This document shows positions 61,593 to 64,000 of a DNA stretch of 64,000 bases, one piece after another. Within the stretch, counting starts at the first letter, position 1; each line of letters begins with the position of its first letter. The stretch is from Candidatus Poribacteria bacterium. Lineage in GTDB: Bacteria > Poribacteria > WGA-4E > WGA-3G. The stretch spans positions 393,918 to 457,917 of the forward strand of contig CBDBFU010000012.1 in assembly GCA_965205025.1 (NCBI GenBank), written 5' to 3'. The position numbers and the translations under genes are program-made. The notes under the pieces were generated by a model. The model searched no databases, had not been told where the DNA came from, and worked only from the letters and a program-made list of their open reading frames with translations.

Positions 61593-62004
61593 ACGTGAGT
61601 TTGATAATAGGTATTTTAACTTCATTTTTCAAAAATTACTAGAGTTTGGACAATTTCTGAGAGGTACTTCACCTATTTTCAAAGTGTTTCTGGTTTTTAG
61701 CCACGTTTCTTACGCCAATCCAACTCTAAGTAAAACAAACTTAGATATCCCAAACGGTAGCCCCACCGGGGCGAAATGTGTGTAGAAACGCCATACATCC
61801 CAAAGCTCCAAGCCCCGGTGAATGACTAAATGTCATTCATACCGTTGATTCGAGGGGCGAAATGTGTATTGCTAAAAACTGTCCAAACTATAGTAAAATA
61901 AATACTCCTATAACCCGATAGGTGCGGTTTCTAACCACAAGGAATGCTAAATAGCATTTATACCGTTGATTTGAATATAAAAATTTGAGCTATCAAACTC
62001 ACGT
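61593..62004. mobile_element. ACGTGAGTTTGA MITE hosting several nested elements
   Basis: Direct repeat TAGAATTA; inner TA-flanked element 61639-61893 (CTAGAGTTTGGACA / TGTCCAAACTATAG), GCCCC/GGGGC hairpins, a REP and two ~33-bp inserts. Confidence 0.72.
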
Positions 62005-62174
62005 TAGAATTAGTAGTTTTTTTATAGATTATGACACAAGAATTGTTAAGATAAGAATGAGTATTGTACCAATGTATAACAGAGAATATATAGTAAACAA
62101 AACGCTAATATGTTATTATACAGTAATTAATTACAAAGTACTAATATGGGTGTTGTTAGTAAGGAAAACGTTTC

Positions 62175-64000
62175 ATGAAATATGCAATTTTTCTAATATT
62201 CTTTGTTGCTTTTATTGGTTGTGTCTCACAAGAAACATTAGAAATAGATATACCAGATGAGAATTTAGAGACAGAAATTAGAAATGCTCTCAATATAGAT
62301 TCAGATACACCTATTTTAAACACAAGTATGAAGAAATTGATAGATCTTTCTGCATCTGATAAAGGGATAAAAGATTTAACCGGTTTGGAATATGCTACAG
62401 AATTAGAGGACTTATCACTTAGTCAGAATGAGATTTCAGATATTACGCCAATTCAGGGGTTAACAAAACTTAGCCAATTATCACTTGATAGGAATAATAT
62501 TACCGATTTATCAGCACTGAAGAGATTGAAAAATCTATTTAATTTAGATCTTGATAATAACCATATTTCAGATTTGACACCTATTTCAAAATTAAATCGA
62601 TTACATATACTATCACTATCAAGGAATAACATCCAAGATATATTACCTATAAGGAATCTAAAAAAAATAACGATACTGGAACTTGAACATAATGAAATTC
62701 AAGATATTACACCTGTAATTAATCTACATAAATTGTGGACACTTCGTCTTCGAGACAATCATCTAACAGAAATACCTTCACTTCAAAAACTCAAACAACT
62801 GCGAAGTTTAACCTTAGACTATAATCGTATTACGAACATACCATCAATGGATAACTTAAGGAGACTTAAGACTCTGTACCTATCTAACAATGAGTTACAG
62901 GAGATAGAGTTTCTTAACGGGTTAGTAAAACTGACAGAGTTAGAACTGCATCGGAACCAAATTAAGGACATTACCTCTCTCAATGGACTCGTTAAGTTAG
63001 AGAAGTTAAACCTAAGTAGTAATGAAATCCTTGACTTAACCCCAATTGCTGGTTTTGAGCAATTAATCCACCTATATCTAAGTCGTAATTCCGTAAGTAA
63101 CCTTAACCCTATTATAGACCTGAGTAGACTGAAGACTCTTGAACTCAACCATAATGACATCAAGGATGTTACTCCCCTGACAGGATTAAAAAATCTAACT
63201 CACATAAAACTCAAAGATAACGACATTCGAAATATACAACCACTTTCTTTTATAGAAGAATTAGAATACTTAGTGATTAATAACAATCCAATAGAAGACA
63301 CAAGTTTAATAGATAAAAGTTTAATAGATAAAATTAAGGATAAACAATCACAGAAATATTCAAATGAACAAACAGAAAACCGATCGAATGTTGACTTGGT
63401 AAAGGATTCTTTAGAAGCCGTAGAATCTATTTTTCCTGATCCGAATTTAGCAGCAGCAATTACACGTCAACTGGGTTTAAGTTCAATTCATCTAATTACA
63501 AAAGAGAATCTGAAAGAACTTAAGAAACTTTCCGCTCTAAATCAGAATATAGTTGACTTGACGGGTTTAGAGTATGCAACTGGATTAGAACATTTACGAC
63601 TATCCATGAATGAAATAACAGACATTTCTCCACTTGAAGGTTTATCAGAACTGAAGACATTATTCTTGATGTCTAATAATATTGACGATCTCAAACCCTT
63701 AAAGAATTTGACAGAGTTACGGCACTTATCTTTAGATGATAATCGAATAATTAACCTTAAACCTCTTTCAAACCTGCCAAATATTCATAGTTTAGGATTG
63801 GGTGGTAATAAGATACAAGATATTACACCCCTTGTTGGATTGAATTCTCTTTGGAGTCTACGTTTACGTAGACTTCATGGCACAGACGATAATGAGGAAA
63901 ATAGAGTTACAGATATTTCTCCATTGAAAGAATTAGTGTACTTAAGTAATTTGTCTATATGTGGGGGTGAAATCACTGATATTACACCATTGTCTGACTT
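62175..64000 (+). CDS. Internalin-like leucine-rich-repeat lipoprotein (runs off the window; absent from the ORF track)
   Basis: MKYAIFLIFFVAFIGC lipobox; two (I/F)PD.NL...DLTGLEYAT caps, each followed by 22-aa LRRs. Confidence 0.9.
   Translation, partial: MKYAIFLIFFVAFIGCVSQETLEIDIPDENLETEIRNALNIDSDTPILNTSMKKLIDLSASDKGIKDLTGLEYATELEDLSLSQNEISDITPIQGLTKLSQLSLDRNNITDLSALKRLKNLFNLDLDNNHISDLTPISKLNRLHILSLSRNNIQDILPIRNLKKITILELEHNEIQDITPVINLHKLWTLRLRDNHLTEIPSLQKLKQLRSLTLDYNRITNIPSMDNLRRLKTLYLSNNELQEIEFLNGLVKLTELELHRNQIKDITSLNGLVKLEKLNLSSNEILDLTPIAGFEQLIHLYLSRNSVSNLNPIIDLSRLKTLELNHNDIKDVTPLTGLKNLTHIKLKDNDIRNIQPLSFIEELEYLVINNNPIEDTSLIDKSLIDKIKDKQSQKYSNEQTENRSNVDLVKDSLEAVESIFPDPNLAAAITRQLGLSSIHLITKENLKELKKLSALNQNIVDLTGLEYATGLEHLRLSMNEITDISPLEGLSELKTLFLMSNNIDDLKPLKNLTELRHLSLDDNRIINLKPLSNLPNIHSLGLGGNKIQDITPLVGLNSLWSLRLRRLHGTDDNEENRVTDISPLKELVYLSNLSICGGEITDITPLSD

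Overview
AT-rich bacterial chromosomal segment. The gene families (LamG proteins ending in a K-x-A-x-x-W-G-x-I-K tail, secreted WD40 and internalin-type LRR proteins, a PhyH-HEAT fusion, a sulfatase) suggest Candidatus Poribacteria; this is inference, not a database result. Housekeeping genes: rtcB, alr, potBC, purS, prmA-dnaJ-grpE, GGGP synthase, pckG and an Omp85 protein. Highlights: (1) a rhodanese-MoeB gene that the ORF track splits in two is most likely one 395-aa selenoprotein, with an in-frame UGA at the conserved Cys and a SECIS-like hairpin; (2) a defence-like pair of SNF2 helicase and sacsin/NOV GHKL ATPase with an HNH-like tail, followed by a sigma-54 promoter with a candidate structured sRNA and a decayed toxin-antitoxin module; (3) an ABC-ATPase plus frameshifted PIN module; (4) nested miniature elements, including an IS630-like element and its MITEs that sit in the centre of 3-nt hairpin loops with a 1-bp duplication, an IS4 flanked by a 20-bp REP duplication, and a ~33-bp hairpin insert; (5) a stem-loop-rich ORF-less segment ending in an IS605/TnpB-type right end. 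No rRNA, tRNA or CRISPR array was seen. All structures were folded by eye.
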